Shown here: positions 51,860 through 64,000 of the stretch, one piece after another
How positions within the stretch are numbered: position 1 is the stretch's first letter
Layout: each line of letters opens with the position of its first letter
Assembly: GCA_035084275.1 (NCBI GenBank)
Contig: CM068759.1
Coordinates: forward strand, 5,084,001-5,148,000
DNA from: Hydrolagus colliei
Lineage: Eukaryota
Direction: 5' to 3'
Length of the DNA: 64,000 nucleotides
The notes under the pieces: model-generated
The model's input: the letters and a program-made list of their open reading frames with translations, nothing else
The model's database searches: none
Told to the model about the DNA's origin: nothing
Translations under genes and position numbers: made by a program

Positions 51860-52216
51860 AATAAGAATAATTCTTTCATTTGATACAGTGGCTTATCACA
51901 TCATCACCGAGAGATCTCAAAGCACTTCGTAGAATATACTGTATTGTGGATTGTACTTTATGGGTGAAATGCGGCTGCCAATTTTGTACAACAGTGTTCC
52001 TCAGATTGTCATGGATTGAGTGACCAAATTATCTTTTTTTAATTAAATAAATGATTAAATAAAAGTCATCTGCCAACCGACTAACATACGGGTTCCTATT
52101 TACTGCGAGGTAAACAGAGGTATGTGGAGTAAGGAAACTGTTACGCTGCGTGGGAATCGAACCCCGATCCTCTCGCTTGCGAATCAAGTGCTCTGACCAA
52201 TATGATACAGGACTTC
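51860..52216 (-). mobile_element. Full-length SINE family A (long form)
   Basis: Tail, Deu-like 3' segment, gggttcctatttactgcgaggtaaacagagg, ggagtaaggaaac, B box ggaatcgaaccc, head end acaggacttc. Confidence 0.85.
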
Positions 52217-52302
52217 ACATTGCTGAGTGTCCAAAAGAGGACAGTTACTACCTCTTGAGCTTTGGGGTTTTGTTTTGAAGTTAGAGCAGGCTACTTAGTA
52301 TG

Positions 52303-52523
52303 TAATAATAATCCTTGGAATTGATATAGCACTTTACACGTCTTCTAGAACGTCTCAAAGCGCTTCACAGAATATACTGTCAACTGAATTGACTGTATAT
52401 TTTGTAGGTGAAACGCGACAGCCAATTGCACACGGCAGTGTCCCACAAACAGTCATGGATTGAAATGACCAGTTTGTTTTTTGAGGGATTATTATCAGGC
52501 ATGTGGAGCAAGGAAACTTGCCC
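52303..52523 (-). mobile_element. SINE family A (short form), head missing
   Basis: aatccttgg..cgtctcaaagcgcttcacag..gtgtcccacaaacagtcatgg..gagggattattatcaggcatgtggagcaaggaaacttgccc. Confidence 0.9.
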
Positions 52524-53284
52524 AGTTATTCTTATTATTATTATTATGCAACACTATATTAAGATTAAAAGAGACAGTCTCACTTTCTTTTGGGTTTCTA
52601 TTCAATGTGATCCTAGACTATGAAACGATTGTTTTGCATTTTAGCATCTGTAATTATGATAGCCGTTCATCAAACACTGTCGCTCCCCATTCTATTACAC
52701 AATCCACCAAAGTATGCAACGTGATCATGTCTGTGCATTGAAGACGCTTTTACCAAAAGGTATTAGTACATTATTAAAATGCACCTGAAATTTGCTGTGT
52801 ACTGAATAGCGCTGATAAGAGATGTCTCTTATCAATCATACCCTTGTCAGCAATGTGCTGACATCACTGTAAAGTAACAGCTGTCTAATTGCTGTCTGTA
52901 TCACTAATGCACTCCCCCTGACACTCTGTGCTGGTGGCCACCTATTCTCCGCATTCTCTATCTTGTCCTGTAAAGGTCCTTTTTTTTAAAAAAAAAACAA
53001 TTCTCTCCTCTCGACACTGAGTCATACTGGGATGCCATTCATCTTTTAGTACTTCAGCCACAGGGTGATTTTTCCCCAAGTCAGCCTCATCAGTGAGAGG
53101 GTGAACCTCCACTTGTAATTCATAACAGGGTGAGAGGGTATTATTCTCGACTGGGTCTGTTTTGTCAACGATCCTGGTGGAGTGATCTTGTAATGGGATT
53201 TTCTGCAAAACAATCTCACTCCACCAAGATCGTCATATCTGCAGACAAATGGGGAATGACCCTGACTGTGAGTAGGATGTTAGA

Positions 53285-53410
53285 CCATTGGGGAGTTTCA
53301 CAGCCAAGCCAGATTTAACCGTCATCCATTGTCCAAACACACGCACTTGTCAGGAGAGGTCAGGAGATAGTGATCAGGAGCAGGAATCAAGGCTAATTCT
53401 TTTCCATTCC
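53285..53410 (-). mobile_element. Ancient repeat family B fragment
   Basis: cacagccaagcc..gtccaaacacacgcactt..gatagtgatcaggagcaggaa..ggctaatt; shares cacac.tgcactt..tgatcag.agcag with 57780-57985. Confidence 0.55.
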
Positions 53411-54436
53411 GCCCGCTACTCTGGCTGTGATAAGCTCAGCGGGCACAAACTGACGATTGAAATTGAGTCTTTCTTTCCATAGTCTGCGCTGTACAATTTC
53501 ACAGTGTCCAGTAACTGTACCGATGAACTGTCAGAAGCCCTTTGATCTGCAGCAGTTAGGATGCTAATTTAATGCCAAATTATGGGTAGTTTTATGATAA
53601 TATGTCATGTCTATGTAATAACTCAAGGCATGTTGAAAAGATCTACAATGCATGTCACTTGAAATTGCAATGAAGAAATAATGGGTTTATGTTTTAAAAG
53701 CAGTTCCCCTCACCTCCATAATATTTGGGTGTACGTCACCCGATTAAAAAGTAACGCAAAACGTAACCTCTACAAAATAAAGGTAACCAATAACGCTGGC
53801 TGCTCTCATTGCCATATCAAGGACCTCAGAGAGTTGAGGATTGCTGGGAATTATTTTCAGAATAAAGAGCACCTTGTCCTTGTCTATGACAGTCCCCACT
53901 GACATGTCATTAGAGATAGAAAAGGACACCTGGTTTGTATGAAATGCACTGCTGTATGGCACCTGCTGAACCACAGTGGCATAGCAAGGATCCTGCAATA
54001 TCCCACAGAACAGCAAATAGAAATCAGATACAATAACCAACTTGGATTTAATCAATCAAATATTTTACGATGCTGTAATTTCAATTTGCTGAATTGTTTC
54101 CTGTCACATTGATTTCTGAATCATATTTAGTTGTCGCTAGTTGTGACTCCCCCACCTCCCCCCACATCACATTTGTCCCCTTTCAATCTCTCCCTTTTCC
54201 TCCGGAGCAAAAATCCTAAAATTGTTCATTTATTTTGTGTATTTTCTTTCTTTAAACCCTCTAAGGTTCCATCAAGGATACCCGACCCAAGGTGGCTAAG
54301 ATGGTTTATGCAGCCTGATTAGCGTGAAAAGCTAACTGACACAATTACATTATTTGAATTAAAACATCTTGAAATGGTGTCCAGTGCTCTATTACTCTGG
54401 TTGTGGTACAAAAAGGATCAGAAGATTGATTCACCT

Positions 54437-54600
54437 TAAGACCTTTTGTTCCATTTGATCTCATCCTTCCAGGCATTCCCCGTACTGTTTTCCCATTACG
54501 GCATTGAGTTTTTTTTTAAAACAAAATGAGTCCAGCTTTGTGACCTCAACCACCCTTCCAGTCGTTCATTGTCCTTCGGGTAAAGAAGTAGCAAACCAAT
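54437..54600 (-). mobile_element. Degraded CR1 3' end
   Basis: ccatttgatctcatccttccagg resembles the reverse of the tail at about 11670-11710; ttccagtcg..gggtaaagaag. Confidence 0.45.
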
Positions 54601-57072
54601 GGGTTTTCCTTTGCGGGAGCTTTCCTTGAGGTGAAGCAGATTTTATAACGTGTTCGATAATTGCAGAATATGTTACAAAATGTTGCATTTCTTCACGCCA
54701 CTCTATATTCTAGATCGAGAGCATTCTTCAGGCAATTCATACTTCTTCGTTGAACAGTGCGGTTACAAATATCCGCATTTATGTGTGCAGTTGAGGGTCT
54801 GATAAAGCAGTATTGAGTATATTGGACTTGGGGTGAAATTGGTATAAGCCAGAAAGTAATTTTGCTGTTGATCTCCTTGATCACTGAAATGTTTTAAAGT
54901 CACAAAGCGTTCCGAAGAGTATAGGTTGAGAGAAATACACAGAACAGTAAATACACTTTACAAGGTGGGGGAGGGGGGAAAACACTCTGTGAAGCGCTTT
55001 TGAGACATTCTTGACGTGAATAAGGCGCTAATCAAGTACAAGGATTACAATGAAGGTGATGTAGGGTTAATCCGATGACAATGAGTCCTGCGGTTTACCA
55101 GTGTACCCTCAGCTCAGTCATTTCCCAACCAGGTCTCTAGGTGGGGCAGCACAAACCTGACAAGTTCCTATCAATCTTAGTCCACAAATTTGCGAAGCTG
55201 AACGACAATGAAGGAAAGGGAGCCAGCAGGAGAAAATGACAAAAAAAAGAACCAATGACCTTAGAAATTTTTGCTTTGTCAAACCTATGTAGTAAGTCTG
55301 TTTCTATCATTTGTGTTCACCAGCCTCTGCACTATTCCTTGGCTTAATTGAAGAGCTAAACAAACTAATTAATCATTTCAACCCATAAAAATGACAGGAT
55401 TCATACGGTAGCATTCTTCAGTAGCTCCAATTTGTTTTTAAATCCCCACAGCACTTTATTTGCTGAATATGCAAGTTTTCCCCCATGAAAATTACAAATT
55501 GTAGTCAAGGTTAACTGCCTAATATTCTCATTCAATATTTTTTTTAAAGGGAGGAAGGGTTTCTGCTGAAAGTATTTTCTTTGGTTATGAAAGCTGGTTT
55601 GTTAATCAAAATGACAAGGACACTGTCCTTTTGATAATACCCATCTTATATATCTGAATCATCGAGAATAAAAAATGAACTTTATTAATCAACAGCTCCT
55701 GATTAATTGTTACAAAGTGATAGTCATAAATTTTCCTTCATTTTAATAATCCTTGCAGAAAGCTAACAATCTCCCCTGTGATTAAGAGGCTTTTTGAACT
55801 AAGCTGGTAGAGTAATGTCACATCGGAAACTTTGACAGTGGTGAGAATATTCTGTGGACAACCTTCATAAGGCTGACAGTTAAGAAATACAGTTATCACC
55901 TAGATCTGTGTAGGAATTCATCATTTCTATAGGTCTCAGACAGAACGAAAGGATTATTTTTACCCAGCAAAATACCAAGGGACAAGTGTGTGACTTATAC
56001 CAAAACCCTTCTCTTCCTTTTCTGTTACACACACACACAAAAATATTGTTAGACTCGCAGTAAATTTATTTTCTTTGTCACTGAGGGGCGACTGCATTTT
56101 CTAGTCTGTATGCGTAATAGAAGAAGTGCTGCATTAATAATGGTGTGTTGTGTTTAAGCTGCTATGTTCTTCATGTCATACTGAATGCTGTAATGAGGAA
56201 CTCATCGCTGTGAAATCATCAAAGCTAGGAGGGCCTTTTCTGGATTCGCTTTAACTCTTTTAACATAATCTTATTTAATTAGCCAGGTTTTCCTTCAGTC
56301 TTTTGTTGGTTGTTTATTTGCCTCCTCATCAGTCTTGACATACACCAATTAGTAGCATGTAATTGTTTAACCTTCTCATGCGGAGTGCAAAAGATGTGGC
56401 GTGCGAAAAAGACAAAAGAGGGTTTTTGAGTATCTTTGGGTACAATAGCAGACCCTTAAAAGAAAATGTTTCATACAGTACAGTGTATACTGTAGCTCTA
56501 ACTTGGGTCCATCTGCTTGTTGCCTTTTCATGAGCTGAAGGACAAACTCTCAAGCTTACTTCATTGGCTCAGATGTATTATGTCTAAATTATACTAGACC
56601 CGTGTCAACTCCGACAGTAATTGGCATAGAAGAGTCCATGAAAATCAGGAGCCGGCTCTGTGCCCAGTTCTGAAATGTGGAATTGCTACTTTTATTTAAA
56701 AGCACAAATAATGAGCTTAAGCTTCCCAGACCAAAAACTACAGTTACCTTGTCACTGCCAGCTCCAGTTTGAGCCGATAATAGTTGCATGAAAAAATACG
56801 AGTCTAGATTTGCACTGCGTCAAGGATGCATCAGTTTGTTGGAACAAAAGCATGTGACAACTTCAGTCAATCTGGAAGCGCCAAAGAACATGTTTTAGTT
56901 TGAAGAAAAGGGGGAACAATAAGTGTAGAAGCTTTAGCTGCAGTGACTACTTTTTGAGAAAGCTATGGAAGTGGTTTACCTAGACTTTTTGCTGTACAGA
57001 TAAGGATGTAATCTACAGTTTTAATGGAGGCATAATCTGCAGGTAAATGAGCCTTTGTTTTTCAAAGAAACG

Positions 57073-57125
57073 TCACAGGCATGATGGGCTGAATGGTTTT
57101 CTTCTGTGCTGCAAATTTCTATGGT
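57073..57125 (+). mobile_element. CR1-type tail fragment
   Basis: caggcatgatgggctgaatggttttcttctgtgctg..ttctatg. Confidence 0.7.
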
Positions 57126-57779
57126 GCGATGTTGTTTATTAACAAGGAATGATTATTTGGGATACACCTGTACGCGCAAGGGTTTTTCTGTAGCAAAGGT
57201 CCAGAGCAGATATAAAACAGTCCTAATAAAACTGTCATCATGGAACCAGTCTGGTATCAAAGGTGCCTTCAGTTTTAGCAGCTATAATAAATTACCATTG
57301 GCTATTTCTTCTATAGCTCCCAGGAAGTGCCTTCCACGAGAACTTTCTGTCTGTAGTCACATCACTGAATTACAAGACAAAACCTCTCCAACAGAACTGA
57401 AGGTTCCTGCACTGCATGGTGCCAGATGCATGGCTCAGCTGGAAATGAAAATAGACCATAAGGGTAAATGACCTTTTAACTAGCCCAGAGTTATAATTAG
57501 AACAGTTAGCGAGCAGTAGATGCAAAGGTCTGTAACAAAGTTATTTCACGGTTCACAAAAATGATGGCAGGACAGCTTACCATTGCGCAACTCGTTTCTC
57601 ATGGTTCCGCAGGGTACATTGTGATGTGTTTGTTCTCTGGGAGACTGTTACAATGTCACTCAATCTTCCCTCCCGTTCCACCAATTTTCTTACCTGGACT
57701 GAAGGCATTCACAGACCTCACCTGATTTTCAAAGAGATCCAATTCAATGAGTGTCACCTGGAGCCTGAATCCACACGCA

Positions 57780-57985
57780 GCTTTGCACACATGCACTTTT
57801 CCAGCAAGAATTACTGACTACTGATCAGAAGCAGTGAAACTTTGCATGCCCAATTAATTATTTGTCTTAGATTCACTCGGGCTACATAAAGGCTAGAAGC
57901 CATTAACTTCCAGTTCTGAGATTGAACCTGAATCTTCCTGGTCTCTGTTACACATGACGCTATGTATTTATTTACTGAACCATCA
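57780..57985 (-). mobile_element. Ancient repeat family B with tRNA-like head
   Basis: cacacatgcacttttccagca..tgatcagaagcag..gagattgaacctg (B box on minus)..ttcctggtct..actgaaccatc. Confidence 0.55.
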
Positions 57986-58049
57986 ATGCAGTCTCCAAAT
58001 TCTTCAATATCATTTGCTTCTTTTCTAGTGCTTTTTTATCTTCCAAATA

Positions 58050-58230
58050 ATATTGATCATTCATGTCATGGCTGCTAGTAGGAAATTGTTGGTCACAATA
58101 AAATTGGCTGCTGAGTTCCCCACAACATACACATTCACTCCACTTTGTAGTATATTTTGTGCAGCTGTTCGAGAAGCCCTCACAACATCAGAACCACGAC
58201 ATGAAATGTACGGATTATCATTATAATAAT
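58050..58230 (+). mobile_element. Deu-type SINE 3' fragment
   Basis: ttgatcattcatgtcatggctg..aaattggctgc..cactttgtagtata..ggattatcatt. Confidence 0.7.
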
Positions 58231-58694
58231 AATTTTTTTACAACTCATTTCCACCCCCACCCACAAAAGGAATTTCATTGCAAATCTGTTGAAAAATCCT
58301 AAATGAACAATAGAGCATTTTTCTTAAATTTAAAGGTTTTTAGATTTTTGTATCCATGTCCACTATCATTTTTGTTGGTGGTTGGGGGGGGAGGTGGAGG
58401 TTAGAATATTGTATAATGTTACCGTTTAGGAAGAGTTACTGTACTAGATTCCATGAGGATGGTGAATTAACACCCACTTGAAATGACCTGATTGCTTGAA
58501 AGATCCTGGGTTAATGACTGCCTTTCCAGTTGTGTTAATCTGACACCTCACACTGTCAGACTCAGTAACTCCTCCAAGTCTGTTCTCCGGTCACATCACA
58601 TTGTTTAAAGATAAAAATTCAAAAAGAGTCAACAGAAAAGGATAATCAGATTTTTTCTCTTGTTTCTTTATCAAGATTGGTTATTTACTCTTTA

Positions 58695-58947
58695 ATGTAT
58701 ATGGGAACGCATTGCCTGAAGGGTAGTGGAAGGTGATTCGATAACAACGTTTACGAGAGAAGTATTATATTTTTATTTTAACAATAATTAATACAAGAAT
58801 AATTATTTGGGGAGGACAGGTTTGCAGGATTATGGGAAGAGAGCGGGGGAATGGGATTGATTTGGAACCTCTTTTCAAAGAGCTGGCAAGGACATGATGG
58901 GCCGAATGGCCTCGTTCTGTGCTGTAATATTTGATGTTTCTTTGATA
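58695..58947 (+). mobile_element. CR1 LINE 3' end (shark-type tail)
   Basis: gggaacgcattgcctgaagggtagtggaag..tttgcaggattatgggaagagagcggggga..tcaaagagctggc..gatgggccgaatggcctcgttctgtgctgta. Confidence 0.85.
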
Positions 58948-59033
58948 TGATCGGATTCTTTTCTGCTGTTTCCGAGACTACAGACGTTCAGTGGTTTGTT
59001 TGCAGGACTCAATTACATTTACATCAAGCAAAT

Positions 59034-59330
59034 GTCAGCCTGGCTCAGTTGGTAGCATTCTCACCTCTGAGTCAACAGGCTGTGGTGTTCAAGCTCTATG
59101 TTGGCACTCAGCACTCACAGGTTTTGGAGTGAGATGCTCTGCGTTGTCAGACTTGCTTTCTGTCGGATGAGATATTAAGTTGAGGTCCTTTCTGCCTGTC
59201 CAGGTGCACGGTTCAGATCCCACTACACCAGTAAAAATTGATCATTCACATCATGGCTGTTTGCAAGACATTGCTGTATGTAAATTGGCTGATGTGTTTG
59301 CCTGCGGAAAACACACAGTCACTCCACTCA
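59034..59330 (+). mobile_element. DeuSINE
   Basis: gtcagcctggctcagttggtagcattctcacctctgagtca..gttcaag..cggatgagatattaa..ggctgtttg..aaattggctg. Confidence 0.85.
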
Positions 59331-61329
59331 TTGACATGTAACATTTTAGGGTTAAAATATTATTATTTTATTACGTCATTCAACAAAACCATTTCCACGC
59401 ATTTATATACTGTACATTGAGTACTGACTGGCTATTAGAGAGAAGAAACTATCACACTAAGCCAGCTAACTGTGGCTGCCTTATACAAAATCGAATCAAT
59501 GATCTTCATAGCACGGCAACTTTCATTAAGAATTCTCTGATGATATCAATTGGATTATGAAATCTGAATATAAGATCCTTCTTTTGATAAATTAGTAAGT
59601 TTGAGATGAAAAGAAGCAAAACAGATAGACTTATGCTCTATTAAATATTCCAAGCAGTCAACATTCATGTCCTTATTTCTTAAGATAAACAGGAATACCG
59701 TTTGTAAATTAATGTGATGAGTCACTGAGTGCTGTATGTAGCAGATGTCTGCAGACATCTGCACACCGGGGTTGGCATTTGTGAGCTTAATGTTTGGTTT
59801 CAAGCGACACTCATACAGAATACAGTAAAACATTTTAATCTTCCATATTATACTATTAACAGACTGGTTACTTCTATATTGCTTTGGTTGTTATTTGATG
59901 TTTTCGGTCGTATAAAATAACACTGTGGAACTGGCAATATTTTTAACAAGGTTTGATCCACATTTGAAAAAACCCCATAAAACTAGGAGTCATTCAGACC
60001 CTTTTTGTATTTTATTTCATTGTTTCATTGGTGTTTCATTCACTGTAGAGGTGCGTTCAAAGCCCAACTACATTAGTAATTTGAATCTGCAATATTATCT
60101 AAAGACTGTTCTGCTTAGACGAGAAGGATATTTGACAAGAAAATGATTCAGAGAAATGGCACATGTTTTTTAAAAAAAGTGCAATTTGAATCTTTCAAAC
60201 TCCCCTTTCACATTTATCAATCCCATTGAAAATGCACATTGAAATAGATTATTCATTACCTTTACTGCAAGACTTCAATGTAACATCCTGAGGATATTCA
60301 TTGGACATTCTACATTATTATTATTTGCTGGAGGATGTATGTATGAATGAAAGAGATAGATTTGGAACACTAATAATATTCATTGAATGCCTAGAATCCA
60401 ATATATTGACATCCAATAGACCATGGTACAGATAGGGGGAAACCTATGTTAATGCTTGTAGGTTTTTAAGGCATTATAACCAAAAGCTAATCAATAAATT
60501 TACTATCCCTTGGCAGTCAAGCATTATTTTCATTATTAATGCACATGTTCAAATGTCACTATGTTTACTGATATGTGGAGAGTAATATGAGTTCTCCACC
60601 ACGTTTCAATTTTACTGACGAGCGCAGAAAATATATCTAAATGTTTATAAAACACTGTACCTTGAAATGGCTACCTGGGGCTTCAAACCACTACGGTTGG
60701 AAACCTTCACGCTAGTCTGAATGTAAAAAGAATTGAATAATATGGTCGCACCACAAAGAAATGAGCCACCAGTAACATGATACAGAACAAATGTGTACAC
60801 TGGGCATTTACTGATAAGCGGTGGATTTTATAATTTATGAATTCAACCCAAAAGACTCAGTTAAGCTGTCAACGGTCTAAGAAGCCCTGGTTCACATGTT
60901 TAAATCATTGCAAATCTGTTTCAAAACAAGTCTCAGATCAACTTCATTTCAGAATGGCAAAACAATACTTTGCACTTTAGGAAAAAAGTCCGAGTGGCAC
61001 GCTTTAATATTAAACATGATAAAAAGCGTTCCCATTATGCCACGTCTGAGCAGTGGAGTGTTATGTGAAAATGTCAATGGGCACCGAAAAATGAGAGCTC
61101 TCAATCTCTCTTGCTCAGCTCAGGGGTGATCAGGCTGTGAGCTTTTACTCAGCCGCTGTCAATGTGCCTCCACACACAACACGCTGGTCAGAAATTGAAC
61201 AGGATCTGTCATTCGCTACCTCACCAAAGTAGGAATGCTCGTGCCACAAGACAATTCAGCAGTGGCATAACATCGGAAGGAAATGCATCTGCAGAAATAC
61301 ACATTCATTGCACTAATGTTACATCCTAT

Positions 61330-61720
61330 AATAATAATAGTATTAATAATCCTTGCATTTGATATAATGCTTTTCATGTAAAGTGCTTTGAGACGTCCTC
61401 CCAATGTGAGAGACTACTCCTACATCGAAATCAAGCGTTATTATAATAATTATGTCAATCTGCTCACACTGCAGTCCTGAACAGTACACAATAGTTTGTG
61501 GGGTCAAAAAGATTTGATTACCCGTCGGACCACACAACAAGGTTTATCTGTTGAAGACGCAATGTTTCTTGCCAAATGGCATTGGTGAAATAAACAGTGT
61601 TTGTTATTCCTCGATAAAATCTACAAATATAATAATAATCCTTGCTTTTGATATTGCTCCTTATCACATCATCAAGACGTCTCAAAGAGTTTCACAGGAT
61701 TTTACTGTGAAGTATAGACA
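61330..61720. mobile_element. SINE tail fragments (minus about 61330-61378, plus about 61378-61450, minus about 61630-61720)
   Basis: aatccttgcatttgata; aagtgctttgagacgtcc; aatccttgc..gacgtctcaaag. Confidence 0.7.
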
Positions 61721-62289
61721 GCTTATTTGAGTGTCACTGTCGAACATGTCTGTCTGCTTTTGGTTGTTGGGGAAAGGGGCATTGTTTTTTTAATACTGTA
61801 CTGGGGCATGGCACAGGGGTAGTTGAGGGAAAGGAAATAGTCCCAATCACCAGGGGTCAGTTAGACAGGTTGGGAAGTAATGGATCAGTAACAATGAAGT
61901 AAATTCTTTGTTTGAAAGTAGACACCCACAGAATCCTACTGTTGTTTGTCCAATGAGGTGTTGTGGGCATTCAATGTGGTTTATCAAGTCGAGCGTACGG
62001 ATGGGATCACTATCTACCCATTGTCAACGAAATAACTCTTGACGGAAACTCTCAACTTGTTGATGAGCACCAAACATGCCTCTCAGTTCTCCTAGTCAGC
62101 GAAGGCCTGCAGATCCCAGAAATAGGATTTGACAGGTTTGCTATTGAGGCATCTTGAAGACCTGATTTGTGTTGAAACAAAGCATCTGTCGCTGGTCTTT
62201 TCTAGAAGCGGAGAAGCTGTCTTCTCAATCCTGCAAATCTTTAAAATATCTTCTGTAAAATGTCTTAGTCTTGATTAAGTGCCTTACCC

Positions 62290-62635
62290 TAGCATCAAAA
62301 CATCTTTGCAGGATTTATGTCAAAGTGTAGTGACTGTGTATTTGTAGGAGAATGCGGCAGGCAATATCCCACAAACAGAGCATGAAGTATATAACCAATT
62401 TTCTCTGAGGGAGTATTGGTTAGGATACCTGCAGAAGCTCCCATCTCTTATCAAATAGGAATGGAATCTTTAACATCCACATGTACAGGCTGACAAGATC
62501 TTGGTTGAGTATTTCAACAACAACAAAGTTACATTTTATACAGCTCCTTGCACGTCGGTTTCACTTGAAGGACGACACCTTTGGCAGTGCTGCGCTCCCC
62601 CATCACTGCACTGGAGCCTTGGGCTAGATGTGAGT
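62290..62635 (-). mobile_element. Degraded DeuSINE interrupted by an L2-type tail (about 62516-62557)
   Basis: cccacaaacag..gaatctttaacatccac..[aacaacaacaaagttacatttt..cacgtc]..gaaggacgacacct..cagtgctgcgctcc..actgcactggag. Confidence 0.7.
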
Positions 62636-63714
62636 AGTGATGTTGGGAGTAAAGAATTGCAAGGACAGCTGAGACATGACGTTTTTTGTTGTTTTCAATG
62701 TCAATCTTAATCGATGGTTTTGAAATGGGTTTTACTGCAATGAAAAATCCACTGTATCAACATGCTGATACAGTATGTAAGAAGATAGGACTGAGGTAAT
62801 TCCACAAAAACATTTTTTTTTAAAAACAAATGCGCAGCTGAACATGAAATGCATAATGCAATAACCCCTCAATATAATGCCCCCTGTGGGAGTAATGGAA
62901 AAAAACATGTTATTTTAAAGCATGCATTATAATGAGGATGTTTTACTGTATATACAGTACTTTCTTTATTAATCAAGGAGCCCTAAAAATCACGTGTTAT
63001 ATTAGACTGTGCGGAATATCAGACGGTAGTAGAATGAAAGTCTGTGTTGCTGCGATACAGAGGGAAGGAAGTCAATGGAACGAAACCGAGTCTCCATTCC
63101 ATCTTGTAAAAGCTGCGTAGCAATGAATCAAATGCTAAAGGGGAAAAAACGGAACCATTTTGAAAAAGAACGAAAGTTGCTGATCCTCCTACAAATGTGA
63201 TGCAGTTGACGTTACAAATGCAAATAGTAAAACAAGCTAATTTTAGGCACTTGGGCTAGTAACAAATTATGCCGGTATGTTTGAAGACATCCTTTACACC
63301 ACAAACTGAGCCTAACCCTAGAGAGTGAGGGTGATGTTTTGTTTTGAGTGTGGTTGGGCCCAGTCACTGTCTAAATTGCCACAGAGGGTAATCCACAGCA
63401 AAATGGGTATACACTTTACCACTGGTATAAAATTATTCAGAACTGGAATCTTGAAATAGCAGCAAACACAATACTGTACTTTGCAAAAACATAAAACACA
63501 CCTACATACGTTTCTGTTTATTGCTACAGGTAGAAAAAAAAACCACTCAGATAATTTCAGCTTCAGTTAATTTGTCATTTCAAGCCTGCTTTGTGTTTAA
63601 GTTTAAACAAAAGAAGTTTTGAATAGGATAAGGCTGCCAGATGTATCTCATTATATCAATATCCTCATGCAGTCGATTAAATCTTCTGTCTACATGGCAT
63701 TATCTTCCATGTTG

Positions 63715-63860
63715 GGAAGATATTTGATTATTTGCTAGGTCAGGGCATTGAAGGATATGGGGGCAAGGGTGGGTAATTGTACTTGAGGTACAGATCAACC
63801 ATTATCTTATAGAACAATGGAACAGGTTCAAGTGGCTGAATAACCTACTCCTGTTTCGAT
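63715..63860 (+). mobile_element. CR1 LINE 3' end (second tail type)
   Basis: gaaggatatggggg..gaggtacagatcaaccat..ggaacaggttcaagtggctgaataacctactcctgtt. Confidence 0.8.
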
Positions 63861-64000
63861 GCCTTGAAATGATTCAAAAGATTTTATACAAACTACAGTA
63901 CAGTATATTAACTGATCGCACGGGGTGAGAAATTCCACCCAGGTTTAGATTTACTCTATTTTTACAGTGTCCAGGATTGGGTGAACTGTTGATTTTAGTT

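Overview
Eukaryotic (vertebrate) genomic DNA with no intact multi-codon gene body; the listed ORFs are short and look spurious. The repeats are Deu-domain tRNA-SINEs, a younger tRNA-SINE with an (ATT)n tail, L2 3' ends and shark-type CR1 3' ends. They point to a cartilaginous fish, possibly a chimaera/elephant shark (inference). The main signal is a minus-strand fragment abutting the 200-N assembly gap (28114-28137). It reads xTG GAA GCA CCG AAG AGA GCA GCA G|GTAAAC = (x)EAPKRAA plus a phase-1 donor, matching the end of the short first coding exon of Teashirt genes, best TSHZ2 (MPRRKQQAPKRAA-G). If this is right, 1-28113 is the start of the large intron 1, the ATG is in the gap, and 28338-64000 is 5'UTR, promoter and upstream gene desert. 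The exon sits in a ~7.7 kb nearly transposon-free zone rich in G/C runs and microsatellites, with Pbx-Hox, Meis and TCF motif clusters and a same-strand array of TGATTGACAG (Pbx-Meis/Prep) decamers upstream. Nested SINE insertions with target-site duplications are also visible. I find no firm evidence of a new biological system; the best leads are regulatory and retroelement-structural. Repeat boundaries were read by eye and are approximate.
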